Part shown: piece by piece, positions 45,433 through 54,712 of the stretch
Position numbering within the stretch: position 1 is the first letter of the stretch
How the letters are laid out: every line of letters begins with the position of its first letter
Source: Chlamydiota bacterium
GTDB lineage: Bacteria > Chlamydiota > Chlamydiia > Chlamydiales > JAAZZY01
NCBI GenBank assembly: GCA_022601345.1
Contig: JAJACU010000037.1
Coordinates: 33,183-97,182 of the forward strand
DNA: 64,000 nt
Direction of reading: 5' to 3'
Position numbers and translations under genes: made by a program
Notes under the pieces: generated by a model
The model's database searches: none
Told to the model about the DNA's origin: nothing
Seen by the model: the letters and a program-made list of their open reading frames with translations, nothing else

Positions 45433-48216
45433 ATGGGTAATGTAGGTATGACAAGTGGCGGTGGTTCCAATGTGCAAATTTCTTCCGAATATCAAGAAAA
45501 ATTTGCGGATGTCTGTCCTCCAACTTTTCTAGAGAGTGTTTCAGAAATTTTAGGCTTAAGTGACCTTTCTATATGGAGCACACCATTAAACATTCCTTCA
45601 AATATATTTGCGTTATTAAAAGTTACTTGTCGAAGTCTTTACTCTACGACCCTAGGTTCTACAGAGCAAGACGAAGCCTGTAACAAAGTCAAGCAAAACC
45701 AGGTTAACTTAGAAAAAGTGGACGCATTAGGACAAACTGCTTTGTCCAAATCATTAGCTGAAGGAAACCTGGGAGCAGCAGAAGTCTTTGTGTTGGGCTC
45801 AAACCTTGCGCAGCGTAATTTAAAACAGGAAACTCCCCTACATATCCTTGCTTCCAACGGGAAAAGCAGTGTTGATTTAGTAAAGTTGCTTATAGAAGCA
45901 AAAGCAGATCTTAACGCTCGTGACGCAAATGGAAGAACACCCTTGCACCTTGCAGCTCTTTTCGGTGACATTAGTACGCTAGAAGCTTTGTTAAGGGCTG
46001 GGGCAAAAGTAGATGTTATAGATGATATAGGGTGCTCCCCACTACTTCTTGCAGCTAAAGGCAGCGCAGCATGTTTCAACTCTCTACATAGCTCAGGAGC
46101 TTCTTTAGACATAGAAAATGCAGATGGAGCTGGTGTTTGGCATTTTGCTGCTATGAATAGTGATTCCAATTCAATAATGTCTGTATTATTTAGAGAAAAA
46201 AAGAATCCTGACAAAGCGGATATCCTCGGAAGAACGGCAATGCACTATGCTTCTCAGGAAGGAAACAGCGATGCAGTAGATAATCTAGTGTACTACGGAG
46301 CCTCTGCTACATGCTCAACACACGACAAGTTAACCCCTATTCATTTGGCATCTTATGGCGGGCATGTTAACGTGATACATAGGCTCGTAGCAAATGGAGC
46401 AGACTGCTCATTAGCAGACTCATATGGATTAACTCCTCTAATGCTTGCTTCCGGAAGAGGAAGCCCTGAAATTGTAGGAGCCTTGCTATCTAATGGTGTC
46501 TCAGTAAATGAAGTAGACAATGAAGGGCAAACTGCTCTTTTCAAAGCTTCTATGAATGATCATCCTGAGGTCGTAGCCCTCCTTCTTAATGCGGGTGCAA
46601 ATGCAGATATTTTTCCTGAAAAAGGTAGATCTGCTCGCTATACAGCAATTAAGTTAAGAAATACAAATGTGGAAAAACTTTTAAAAAATGTTGATGCAGC
46701 TATTGTTGCGGGCCAAGGTGAACTCCCACTTCACCATGCAATTGCTCGAAGAGATTCTAGAGGGTTGCAAACAGCATTATTAGCTGAGGCTAGACTGAAC
46801 TCTTTAGATGCAGATGGACAATCTCCATTAATGTTAGCTCTAGCAACTAATCAAGAAGGTATGACTAGAGACCTACTTGCTCTTAGAGTTGATATTTCTG
46901 TAGAAGATGTAAATAAATTAACAGCGCTCCACTTGGCTTCCCTTACCTCTTTTAAGGGTATAGCTGAGCAATTAATTTCACAGGGGGCAGATCCTCTAGC
47001 TACAGATAAATATGGCGCCATCCCATTGCATTATGCCGCAACAAAAGGGAATTGTGAAGTTATTGATGCTTTAGCCCCATTTTCTTCAATTGAGGACGTG
47101 AATATCGATGTGCCAAATAATAGTGGGTTGACGCCTTTGCACTTAGCTGTTCAAGAAGGTCAGCTTGCTTCTGTTAAACAGCTTTTGAAAGCGGGAGCAA
47201 ATCCTTTAGTGATTGATAACAGAGGTCTGACTTCATTGCATCATGCTGCGATTCGTGGAGATGTTGAAACCCTTAAAGCTCTTACAAAAACCACTACTTT
47301 GATAAATGGACTTAACTGGGAAGATCTACAAGGTAAAACACCTTTGTATTATGCTGCAATAGGAGGTCACGAAAAGGCTAAACAGTTCCTACTAAAAAAA
47401 GGTGGAATCGTCTTCCAACAAGAACAAGGTGAGTTGCAAAAAGCACTGTTTGCTAATGACACAGCTCGCCTTATAGCAACTCTTTCAGAAAACTCGCCAG
47501 TAGTTTCAAGTGAAAACCCCAACCCCCAATATAGTGGTTTGATCGATATACTGCATCTGGCTGACAGTCGAACTTCAGCCGATATCATAAGAAATGTAAC
47601 CGGAAAAGCCTTGTTAGACGCTAGAGACACTGAAGACAAAACTCTTCTACATTCAGTTGCAAAAGATGACAAGTTGGATGCTATAAATAATGCAATAAAA
47701 GCAGGAGTTCCACTTGAGGCCCAAGATATTTATGGAAAAACGGCGCTTCATCTTTGTGCTGAAAATGGAAATGTCAGAGCTCTTGATGTAATGGCTCAAG
47801 CAGGATCAAACCTTATCGCTGCTGAAATACAAGGCTACACACCTTATGCTTTAGCAATTGCAAGAGGACATACTTCTTTTGCTAAAAGAATTTCAGAACT
47901 TGGTGGAGAAGAGATTCAAAACCCACATAAGAAAGTATCTTTTGCTCTTCTAAACCTAATTGGATCTGGAAATATTAACGAAGTGAAACAATTCATTGGT
48001 GCGAATGCAAATCTTAGCGTTAAAGACGAAAATGGTTATGGAGCTATGCATTATGCTGTAAGCTCTCCAAAAGCAAAAGAAGCAATCCAAATGCTTGTTG
48101 AAGCAAGTGTAGATACAGCTTTGAAAGACAATCAGGGGCGAACAGCTCTACATCTTGCCATAGCTCTAAATAATACTGATGCTATCGCCGCACTTTCAGA
48201 TGGGAGTAAAACATAA
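45433..48216 (+). CDS. Ankyrin-repeat protein (more than 20 ANK repeats), candidate host-interaction effector
   Basis: The TPLH/TALH-LA..G....V..LL..GA.. pattern recurs every ~33 aa from residue ~95 to the C-terminus (for example RTPLHLAALFGDISTLEALLRAGAKVD). Confidence 0.9.
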   Translation: MGNVGMTSGGGSNVQISSEYQEKFADVCPPTFLESVSEILGLSDLSIWSTPLNIPSNIFALLKVTCRSLYSTTLGSTEQDEACNKVKQNQVNLEKVDALGQTALSKSLAEGNLGAAEVFVLGSNLAQRNLKQETPLHILASNGKSSVDLVKLLIEAKADLNARDANGRTPLHLAALFGDISTLEALLRAGAKVDVIDDIGCSPLLLAAKGSAACFNSLHSSGASLDIENADGAGVWHFAAMNSDSNSIMSVLFREKKNPDKADILGRTAMHYASQEGNSDAVDNLVYYGASATCSTHDKLTPIHLASYGGHVNVIHRLVANGADCSLADSYGLTPLMLASGRGSPEIVGALLSNGVSVNEVDNEGQTALFKASMNDHPEVVALLLNAGANADIFPEKGRSARYTAIKLRNTNVEKLLKNVDAAIVAGQGELPLHHAIARRDSRGLQTALLAEARLNSLDADGQSPLMLALATNQEGMTRDLLALRVDISVEDVNKLTALHLASLTSFKGIAEQLISQGADPLATDKYGAIPLHYAATKGNCEVIDALAPFSSIEDVNIDVPNNSGLTPLHLAVQEGQLASVKQLLKAGANPLVIDNRGLTSLHHAAIRGDVETLKALTKTTTLINGLNWEDLQGKTPLYYAAIGGHEKAKQFLLKKGGIVFQQEQGELQKALFANDTARLIATLSENSPVVSSENPNPQYSGLIDILHLADSRTSADIIRNVTGKALLDARDTEDKTLLHSVAKDDKLDAINNAIKAGVPLEAQDIYGKTALHLCAENGNVRALDVMAQAGSNLIAAEIQGYTPYALAIARGHTSFAKRISELGGEEIQNPHKKVSFALLNLIGSGNINEVKQFIGANANLSVKDENGYGAMHYAVSSPKAKEAIQMLVEASVDTALKDNQGRTALHLAIALNNTDAIAALSDGSKT

Positions 48217-48229
48217 AGTTTAAACAAGT

Positions 48230-49429
48230 ATGTTTAAAAAAACTTTAAAAGATATAGCCCTGGATAATCAAAAAGTTTTGATGCGGGCTGACTTTAATCT
48301 ACCTTTAAGTGCAGATGGAAGCATTGTAGATGATTTTCGAATCAGGTCTGCGTTGCCTACCATAGAATACTTACTAGATCATAATTGCGCCCTTGTTTTG
48401 ATGAGCCATTTCAAAAGGCCTGGTGGGCGGTATGATTCTAGGCTAAGTTTAAAGGTTTGCGCCGAAAGGCTAAGTTCATTACTTGGAAAACAGGTTAAAA
48501 TGGCGCCCGACTGTGTCGGTCCAGAAGTTGATCAATTAAAACAATCGCTTCATCCCGGTGAAATTTTAATGCTTGAAAATCTGCGTTTTCATTCAGAAGA
48601 GACAGGTGAAAATAAGCAAGAGTTTTCAAGAAAACTTGCAGAAGGATGTAGTGTTTTTGTTAATGATGCCTTCGGCTGTTGCCATCGGCATCAAGCATCA
48701 ATTGTAGATATTGCAAAATGTTTCCCTGAAACAGCAGTAGCAGGATTTTTACTTCAAAAAGAACAAGAATACTTTGATCGCTATCTTCTTAATCCAAAAG
48801 GTTCTCTCACAGCCATTGTAGGTGGAGTTAAAGTTTCAACAAAAATTGGAGTTTTAAAAAGCTTAATAGAAAGAGTGGATACTCTTCTAATCGGAGGAGC
48901 AATGGCCAACACCTTTTTAAAAGCAAAAGGTTTTAATTTGGGTTATTCGCTTATTGAAGAAGATTATATAGGTGCAGCTGGAGAAATTATTAGAGAATGT
49001 GAAAAGAGAGGTTTAAACATAGTTCTTCCTCAGGATTTACTTTTTACGGATCATATTTTTGAAGGTGGACAAACGCAAGTTCTTGATATCAACATGCAGA
49101 TTCCAGAACATCTAATTGCAGTAGATATTGGCCCTAAAACAATAGAAGAGTTCTCAAAAAAACTCGATCGTGCGGAAATTGTTTTTTGGAATGGCCCTTT
49201 GGGGGTTTGTGAAGTAGAGGCTTTTTCAACAGGGACTAAAATGATTGCTCAAAAGTTATCTCAGGTTAATGGCGTTAAAGTTATTGGTGGTGGAGATTCT
49301 GCTGCAGCTATTAGAAAAATGAATTTACAAAATTGCTTTGACCATATTTCTACAGGTGGAGGAGCTTCTCTTGAATTTTTGGAAAATGGCCATTTACCAG
49401 GAATTGATGCTCTTTCTTCTAAAAAATAG
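48230..49429 (+). CDS. pgk: Phosphoglycerate kinase
   Basis: VLMRADFNLPL, MSHFKRPGG, GGGDSAAA signatures. Confidence 0.97.
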   Translation: MFKKTLKDIALDNQKVLMRADFNLPLSADGSIVDDFRIRSALPTIEYLLDHNCALVLMSHFKRPGGRYDSRLSLKVCAERLSSLLGKQVKMAPDCVGPEVDQLKQSLHPGEILMLENLRFHSEETGENKQEFSRKLAEGCSVFVNDAFGCCHRHQASIVDIAKCFPETAVAGFLLQKEQEYFDRYLLNPKGSLTAIVGGVKVSTKIGVLKSLIERVDTLLIGGAMANTFLKAKGFNLGYSLIEEDYIGAAGEIIRECEKRGLNIVLPQDLLFTDHIFEGGQTQVLDINMQIPEHLIAVDIGPKTIEEFSKKLDRAEIVFWNGPLGVCEVEAFSTGTKMIAQKLSQVNGVKVIGGGDSAAAIRKMNLQNCFDHISTGGGASLEFLENGHLPGIDALSSKK

Positions 49430-49543
49430 GATATTGACTATCTAGACATGGTAAATTAACTCTTAGTAATCTTTAACAATTCTTAATATTTGGGCAGTAT
49501 AATCAAGCTCATAAAGTTTTAAAAGTATATATAAGGAGATTTT

Positions 49544-49990
49544 ATGTCAGTTGAATCGATTGCAAACGGTTCCCCTCAAGTCGTTTATGTCAAAGATACG
49601 TCAAGTGGAACATCTAAGTTTATTGACCAAGCAATGGCACCAGTAGTTTTAAAATCTGGGACTATTGGTATGGTAGGTGGTATTTTCGTAGGGGCAGGTA
49701 AAGCTTTAATGACAGGCAACAATACCTGGGTCTTAGCTGGTGCTGTTGGTGGAACAATGTTAGGGGCTGGGAGTGCAGCGCTTTTATCAAAAGGCCTTCA
49801 AATTGCTGCAGACGTAGTTGTTAATACATCTGTTTATGCAATGAAGCTTCCCTTCAAAGCGACTTATGCAGCTGTTAATCTTACCTATCAAGGAATTTCA
49901 GCAGTTTATCAAGCAGTCATGGGTACACCAGAAATTTCTGATGCTTCTGAGCCTGCTAAAAGCTTGGAAATAGATCAAAAAAAAGCTTAA
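49544..49990 (+). CDS. Hypothetical Gly/Ala-rich membrane protein (Inc-like bilobed hydrophobic segment)
   Basis: GTIGMVGGIFVGAGKAL-MTGNNT-WVLAGAVGGTMLGAGSAALL. Confidence 0.55.
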   Translation: MSVESIANGSPQVVYVKDTSSGTSKFIDQAMAPVVLKSGTIGMVGGIFVGAGKALMTGNNTWVLAGAVGGTMLGAGSAALLSKGLQIAADVVVNTSVYAMKLPFKATYAAVNLTYQGISAVYQAVMGTPEISDASEPAKSLEIDQKKA

Positions 49991-50007
49991 CAAATTTGCA
50001 TTAGTGT

Positions 50008-50044
50008 AAAGGAGTTTTTAGAGTTACCAGCTAAAAACTCCTTT
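50008..50044 (+). terminator. Stem-loop downstream of 49544..49990 (14-bp perfect stem, 9-nt loop)
   Basis: aaaggagtttttag (50008-50021) pairs with ctaaaaactccttt (50031-50044). The trailing U-tract is weak (gcttta). Confidence 0.5.
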
Positions 50045-50090
50045 GCTTTAACTGCGTATAAGTTACTTAAAAACAATTTATTATATCGCC

Positions 50091-50120
50091 TTGACAAATT
50101 CAACATATCACTGTTAATAT
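50091..50120 (+). promoter_or_regulatory. Sigma70-like promoter candidate for the nucleotide transporter gene
   Basis: TTGACA (50091-50096), 18-nt spacer, TAATAT (50115-50120). This would give a ~130-nt leader. Confidence 0.4.
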
Positions 50121-50254
50121 CAGTGCATACTTTGTTATTTACTAACGTATAGCAGTGAAGTCTATTAAGAAAAAAAACACATTTTTTGTTTCTTATCGCG
50201 CTTCGAACCCTCGCGGGAACTCGAGTAGGAAGACTTTGGGATTAAGGAAGGGGC

Positions 50255-51796
50255 ATGCTGACTAAAATTAAATCAGCTGCGCTGGCCATTTGCCCAATTC
50301 GAAGGGATGAATTAAAGAAATTTATTCCGATGTTTGTCGTCTTTTTCTTTGTTGGTTTTGTCTACAATATTTTAAGAAACACTAAAGATGCAGTTTTAAT
50401 TACAGGCCAGTCCTCTGGTGCTGAGATTATTCCATTTGTAAAAGTTTGGGTGATGCTTCCTGGAGCGCTTCTAATGACAGCGTTCTTCTCAAGGCTTTCA
50501 AATAAATATACAATGGAAAGAGTTTTCTACATTCTTATAGCTATTTTTGTCGTTTATTTCTTAGCATTTACCTTCATCATGTATCCGAATAGTTCAGCAT
50601 TACAGATGAATCAATTTGGAGATTTTTTAGGTGGACATTTACCTAAAGGAGCTCTTGGATTTGTTTCAATGATTCGGCATTGGTCATTCACACTATTTTA
50701 TGTAATGTGCGAGCTTTGGAGCTGTATTATCCTTTCAATATTATTTTGGGGATTTGCAAACGAAACGACTACTGTAAATGAGGCTACTCGGTTCTATGGT
50801 TTTTTTGGAATAGGTATGAACTTCTCAGGAATTGCTGCTGGACATGCGTGTATATATCTTTCCAGACTTCCGTCAAAATTGGGTGCTACTCAGGACGCTT
50901 GGTTTCATACACTTGCTTACATAACATTGGTTATAGCAGTCTCAGGTATAATAATTATTGGAGTAATTAGGTGGATGCATACCAATGTTTTCCATGACTG
51001 CAAGCATTATAAGCCTAAATCAAAAAATAAGTTCAAACTCTCGTTACGTAAAAACTTTAGTTATCTTGCAAAATCGAAATATTTAATCTGTATTGCAATT
51101 GTAGTTGTGGCCTTCAACTTGGTCATTAACCTAGTCGAAGTTCTATGGAAAGACCAAGTTAGACAGCTTTACCCAAATCCAAGTGATTTCAGTGTTTATT
51201 TAAACCAAGTAACAGTAGCCACGGGTATAGTTGCAACTGTTGGAGCTATATTTACATCGATATTTATTAGAAAATTTGGTTGGACCAAAGCTGCATTTAT
51301 TACTCCTGCAATGCTTCTTGTAACAAGTATAGGCTTCTTTGGCTGCCTGCTATTTAAAGGTAGCATGTACACCTTGACTCAAGGTTATTTAGGAATGAGT
51401 CCTCTTGCACTAGTTGCATTTTTTGGTTCTTTGCAGATTTGTCTAAGTCGAGGATGTAAATACACAGTATTTGACGCTACAAAAGAAATTTCATTTCTAC
51501 CTTTGACGCCTGAGTCTCGCAAAAAAGGCAAAGCGGCAATTGACGGTGTAGGCTCTCGATTGGGTAAATCCGGAGGATCTGTAATCCATCAAGGCCTTCT
51601 AATGGTCTGCTCGAGCTTTGCAGCATCTGCGCCTTACATAGCAATTTTCTTGCTTATTGTGATTTGTTTGTGGATGTTTGCTGTTAAAGTCTTAGGGTTT
51701 GAGTTCAAAAAGCTTACTGACAGCCATGCAAACCTGGAAATCAACGAAGAAGAGCTGAAAGAAGAAAAACATACTGCTTCAACTCAAACCACATAG
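50255..51796 (+). CDS. ADP/ATP (nucleotide) translocase, TLC/Ntt family
   Basis: RDELKKFIPMFVVFFFVGFVYNILRNTKDAVLIT N-terminal signature. FWGFANE. About 12 TM segments. ~510 aa. Confidence 0.92.
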   Translation: MLTKIKSAALAICPIRRDELKKFIPMFVVFFFVGFVYNILRNTKDAVLITGQSSGAEIIPFVKVWVMLPGALLMTAFFSRLSNKYTMERVFYILIAIFVVYFLAFTFIMYPNSSALQMNQFGDFLGGHLPKGALGFVSMIRHWSFTLFYVMCELWSCIILSILFWGFANETTTVNEATRFYGFFGIGMNFSGIAAGHACIYLSRLPSKLGATQDAWFHTLAYITLVIAVSGIIIIGVIRWMHTNVFHDCKHYKPKSKNKFKLSLRKNFSYLAKSKYLICIAIVVVAFNLVINLVEVLWKDQVRQLYPNPSDFSVYLNQVTVATGIVATVGAIFTSIFIRKFGWTKAAFITPAMLLVTSIGFFGCLLFKGSMYTLTQGYLGMSPLALVAFFGSLQICLSRGCKYTVFDATKEISFLPLTPESRKKGKAAIDGVGSRLGKSGGSVIHQGLLMVCSSFAASAPYIAIFLLIVICLWMFAVKVLGFEFKKLTDSHANLEINEEELKEEKHTASTQTT

Positions 51797-51871
51797 AGGG
51801 TTTGTTATTTCTTTAACAACTCAAATTATTTACTAATATCTAAGATCTTAATTTAAATTTTAGGAGCTATT

Positions 51872-52429
51872 GTGCCCGAGGTAAATTCAGAAAAAACCAA
51901 CTCAGTAGCCAGCCTTGATCTATACAGACAGAGAGCTTTACTAGGAAATCAACCTGTATGCATAAGTCGGATCACGATTTCAGTAGACAGTACAACAGGC
52001 AGACTTATAGATACTCGTAGAGGTTTTTATACTCGTTGTCCCCACAAAATACCGGGGCCTAATGGAACAACTAAGTATTTATATGTAGATGGGTTGACTT
52101 GCCATTCAGCTGCTGTACTACATGTCGAGCAAATTGCAAGGCTTGCTCCTTTTACAGAAAATGAAAAAGAATCAATGCCATTTGCAGACGTTCGTGTATA
52201 TGACAATTCACAAGAGAGATTTACCCTACTAAAAGATTTAACAGGCAAAGAAGGTTCTTTAGTAGCCTGTGGGTTTGATGGCAATGCGGCTTTTAAGGGT
52301 TATCTTACATTCAACAATACAAGAGGATCTAACCCTTGTAGCTTTATTCCAGATTTTATTAAGGCTAGCGAGAGAAGCTCTCGTGCATTTTCTTGGGCAA
52401 CAAGGACGCTATTTTCTTGGCATAATTAA
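51872..52429 (+). CDS. Hypothetical protein
   Basis: 185-aa ORF with a GTG start. The 3' end overlaps the convergent hemY by 65 nt. No family recognised. Confidence 0.45.
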   Translation: MPEVNSEKTNSVASLDLYRQRALLGNQPVCISRITISVDSTTGRLIDTRRGFYTRCPHKIPGPNGTTKYLYVDGLTCHSAAVLHVEQIARLAPFTENEKESMPFADVRVYDNSQERFTLLKDLTGKEGSLVACGFDGNAAFKGYLTFNNTRGSNPCSFIPDFIKASERSSRAFSWATRTLFSWHN

Positions 52430-53729
52430 TGCACATTGGCACCGATAATCCATGAAATGAGCTGCCGCAAAAGCTAAGGTATGGAAGCTTAGCTTTAAGC
52501 TCTTCATTAAATTGATGAACACTTTCACTATGTCCAATATCATATTGGGGTATGGCATTGTTTAGTTCGAAGACTTCGAAGTACTGAGGATTTACATGAA
52601 TCTTTAAAAGTGCATTTAGCTCATCAAAAAAAGATTTTTCAAACCCTTGTTTTGATAAATCAAAAAGGGGAGAGTCTTGATGAATCATAGCAGTGAGCCG
52701 TGTCTGATGAGCATGAAAGTCTTGTTGGGGAAAAATCTTTGAATCAAAAATAACACCACTTATTTTTTGGCGACTCCATGATGGGGATACAAATCCAAAA
52801 GCATTCGGCAAATCAAGTTTTGCGTTGTAGCCAAGATGGACGATTTTGTATGAAATGTGCTTTTGTTCTTTTAAGAAACTTTGAGTGTTTAATTGATGGC
52901 TTTCCAAAATTTTAGCAAGAGCATTTGAAGGTAGCGTCGAGAAGATGTGATCACATTCAATCTTTCCATTCGTTGTAATGATACATGGCCTTTTGCCATT
53001 GTCAATGCCAAGAACTTCAGTTTTTAACTCAATGGAGTCCTGTAACTTTTTGTGCAAAGCATTTGTTAAAGTGCCTAGGCCTTCTTTAAAGGAAATATAC
53101 CCAGCTTTACTTTTCTTTTTGTGTTTTAGAAGCTCTAGTAGAATAGGCTTTGAGCTTTGGGCCATCTTGTGAACTGTTGGGAAGCACGATTTAAAGGAAA
53201 GATCTTCAATATGACCTCCCTTTATTCCCATAACAAGTGGATCAACAAAATGTTTTGTAATGTACTCTCCAAAGTTAACTTCAAAAAAATTCTTAATAGA
53301 GCTGTCTTCTGTAGGCAATTGACAAGGCTTTATTAAGTTTTTTAATATGGGGTAGGTAAGTTTAATAAAGCATTTTGGGTTTAGCAAATTGATAGGGTTT
53401 AAGTCTAGGGGATGTAGCTTGTTGTCATAGGCCAAAAAACGAGATCGGAAAGCTTGGTCAGGAGTTATAAGCTTGCTAGTAAGATCAAGGTCGTCAAAGA
53501 GCTCGTTACAGGCGCTATGGTAGGGAGGAGACAATCTAAGAGTATGTGGCCCCATCTCAAAGAGAAAGCCAAAAGTGTTGTGCGTTTGTATCCAACCACC
53601 TGTTTTCGAGGATTTTTCTAAAATAAGGAGATCACATTCAGGGTCGTTTTTCTTAAGAAACCAAGCAAGCGTGAGACCGGAAATCCCAGCTCCTAATATG
53701 ACATATTTTTGACGGTCTCTACCATGCAT
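52365..53729 (-). CDS. hemY: Protoporphyrinogen oxidase (HemY type, FAD-dependent)
   Basis: YVILGAGISGLTLAWFLKK...LLILEKSSKTGGWIQT dinucleotide fold. Operon with hemE. Confidence 0.8.
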   Translation of the reverse strand: MHGRDRQKYVILGAGISGLTLAWFLKKNDPECDLLILEKSSKTGGWIQTHNTFGFLFEMGPHTLRLSPPYHSACNELFDDLDLTSKLITPDQAFRSRFLAYDNKLHPLDLNPINLLNPKCFIKLTYPILKNLIKPCQLPTEDSSIKNFFEVNFGEYITKHFVDPLVMGIKGGHIEDLSFKSCFPTVHKMAQSSKPILLELLKHKKKSKAGYISFKEGLGTLTNALHKKLQDSIELKTEVLGIDNGKRPCIITTNGKIECDHIFSTLPSNALAKILESHQLNTQSFLKEQKHISYKIVHLGYNAKLDLPNAFGFVSPSWSRQKISGVIFDSKIFPQQDFHAHQTRLTAMIHQDSPLFDLSKQGFEKSFFDELNALLKIHVNPQYFEVFELNNAIPQYDIGHSESVHQFNEELKAKLPYLSFCGSSFHGLSVPMCINYAKKIASLLPKKMHESFSR

Positions 53730-54712
53730 CTTACATTTTCTTCCTGACAGTGAGGCTTAATGCCATGTCCTAGGTTCATTATGAATCCGGGTCTGTTATG
53801 CATAGATCTACATAATTGTTCAACTTGCTCTTTTAATGTTTTAATAGGGGCTATTAAAAGATCGGGGTCTAAATTGCCTTGAAGAGCAATTTTTGAAGAA
53901 ATTTTCTTTGAAATTTTCTTTAAGTTTGCACTTTCATCTAAACTTATTGCTGAAGGATTAAGAGCTGCAAGCTCTTCTGCATGCAGACAAGAGCCTTTCG
54001 CAAATAATATTATAGGAATATCATAGGGTTTTAAAGCTTGAACAATTTCTCCAAGGTAGGGAAAGCAAAACTCTTTTAGAATTGGCTCTGAGAAAAAACC
54101 TGCCCATGAATCAAAAATTTGGACTGCATCCACACCTGCATCGATTTGCATTTTCAAATATTCAATCGATTGTTTAGTCAATATTTTCAACAGAAAATGC
54201 AGTTGATTAGGCTGGTTATAAATCCATTTTTTTGTTTCTTCAAAAGTTCGGGAAGTCTTGCCCTCTAGTAAATAGGTTGCAAGTGTAAAAGGTGCCCCAC
54301 AAAAGCCAATTAAAGGAACTGTTAATTCTTTTTTTAGAGATCGAATGGTCTGGGGAATATAAGACAAAGTGTCCTTCACACTCATAAGAGGAATTTGATC
54401 AACTTGTTTTAGGTAATCTTTAGTGTTGATAAAAGGGCCATGACCTGTTCCAAAACCTATCTCAAAATCAAGTGTTTGAAGGATAAGGAGGATATCGGCA
54501 AACATAATTGCTGCATCAAAGCCAAATTTGTCAATTGGCATAAGAGTGATGCGTGTTGCAAGTTCAGGATTTCTACATAGCTCTAAGAAAGTGTATTTCT
54601 CTTTTAGGTCTCTATACTCTTTCATATAGCGACCCGCTTGGCGCATTAACCAAATAGGGGGTCGAGGTGTTTTTTTACACCTCAACGCATCAAGCAATAA
54701 GCTATTATCCAT
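53693..54712 (-). CDS. hemE: Uroporphyrinogen decarboxylase
   Basis: PPIWLMRQAGRYMKEY signature. ~340 aa. Confidence 0.95.
   Translation of the reverse strand: MDNSLLLDALRCKKTPRPPIWLMRQAGRYMKEYRDLKEKYTFLELCRNPELATRITLMPIDKFGFDAAIMFADILLILQTLDFEIGFGTGHGPFINTKDYLKQVDQIPLMSVKDTLSYIPQTIRSLKKELTVPLIGFCGAPFTLATYLLEGKTSRTFEETKKWIYNQPNQLHFLLKILTKQSIEYLKMQIDAGVDAVQIFDSWAGFFSEPILKEFCFPYLGEIVQALKPYDIPIILFAKGSCLHAEELAALNPSAISLDESANLKKISKKISSKIALQGNLDPDLLIAPIKTLKEQVEQLCRSMHNRPGFIMNLGHGIKPHCQEENVRCMVETVKNMSY

Noticed and set aside
45433-45720. F-box-like or N-myristoylation signal at the ankyrin protein N-terminus (MGNVGMT; IPSNIFALLKVTCRSLY)
   Set aside because: Position 5 after the Gly is Met, which does not fit the myristoylation consensus. 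The F-box resemblance covers only the two ends of the ~45-aa motif, with the middle missing. This is too weak to call without an HMM.
45639-46214. 191-aa minus-strand ORF inside the ankyrin gene
   Set aside because: The ankyrin periodicity is unambiguous on the plus strand. The antisense translation is Ala/Ser/Arg-rich and has no motifs.
50197-50215. TTCGAACCC-containing patch as a tRNA fragment or integration att site
   Set aside because: Neither strand folds into a proper T-arm (5-bp stem and 7-nt loop), there is no acceptor stem, and there is no integrase nearby.
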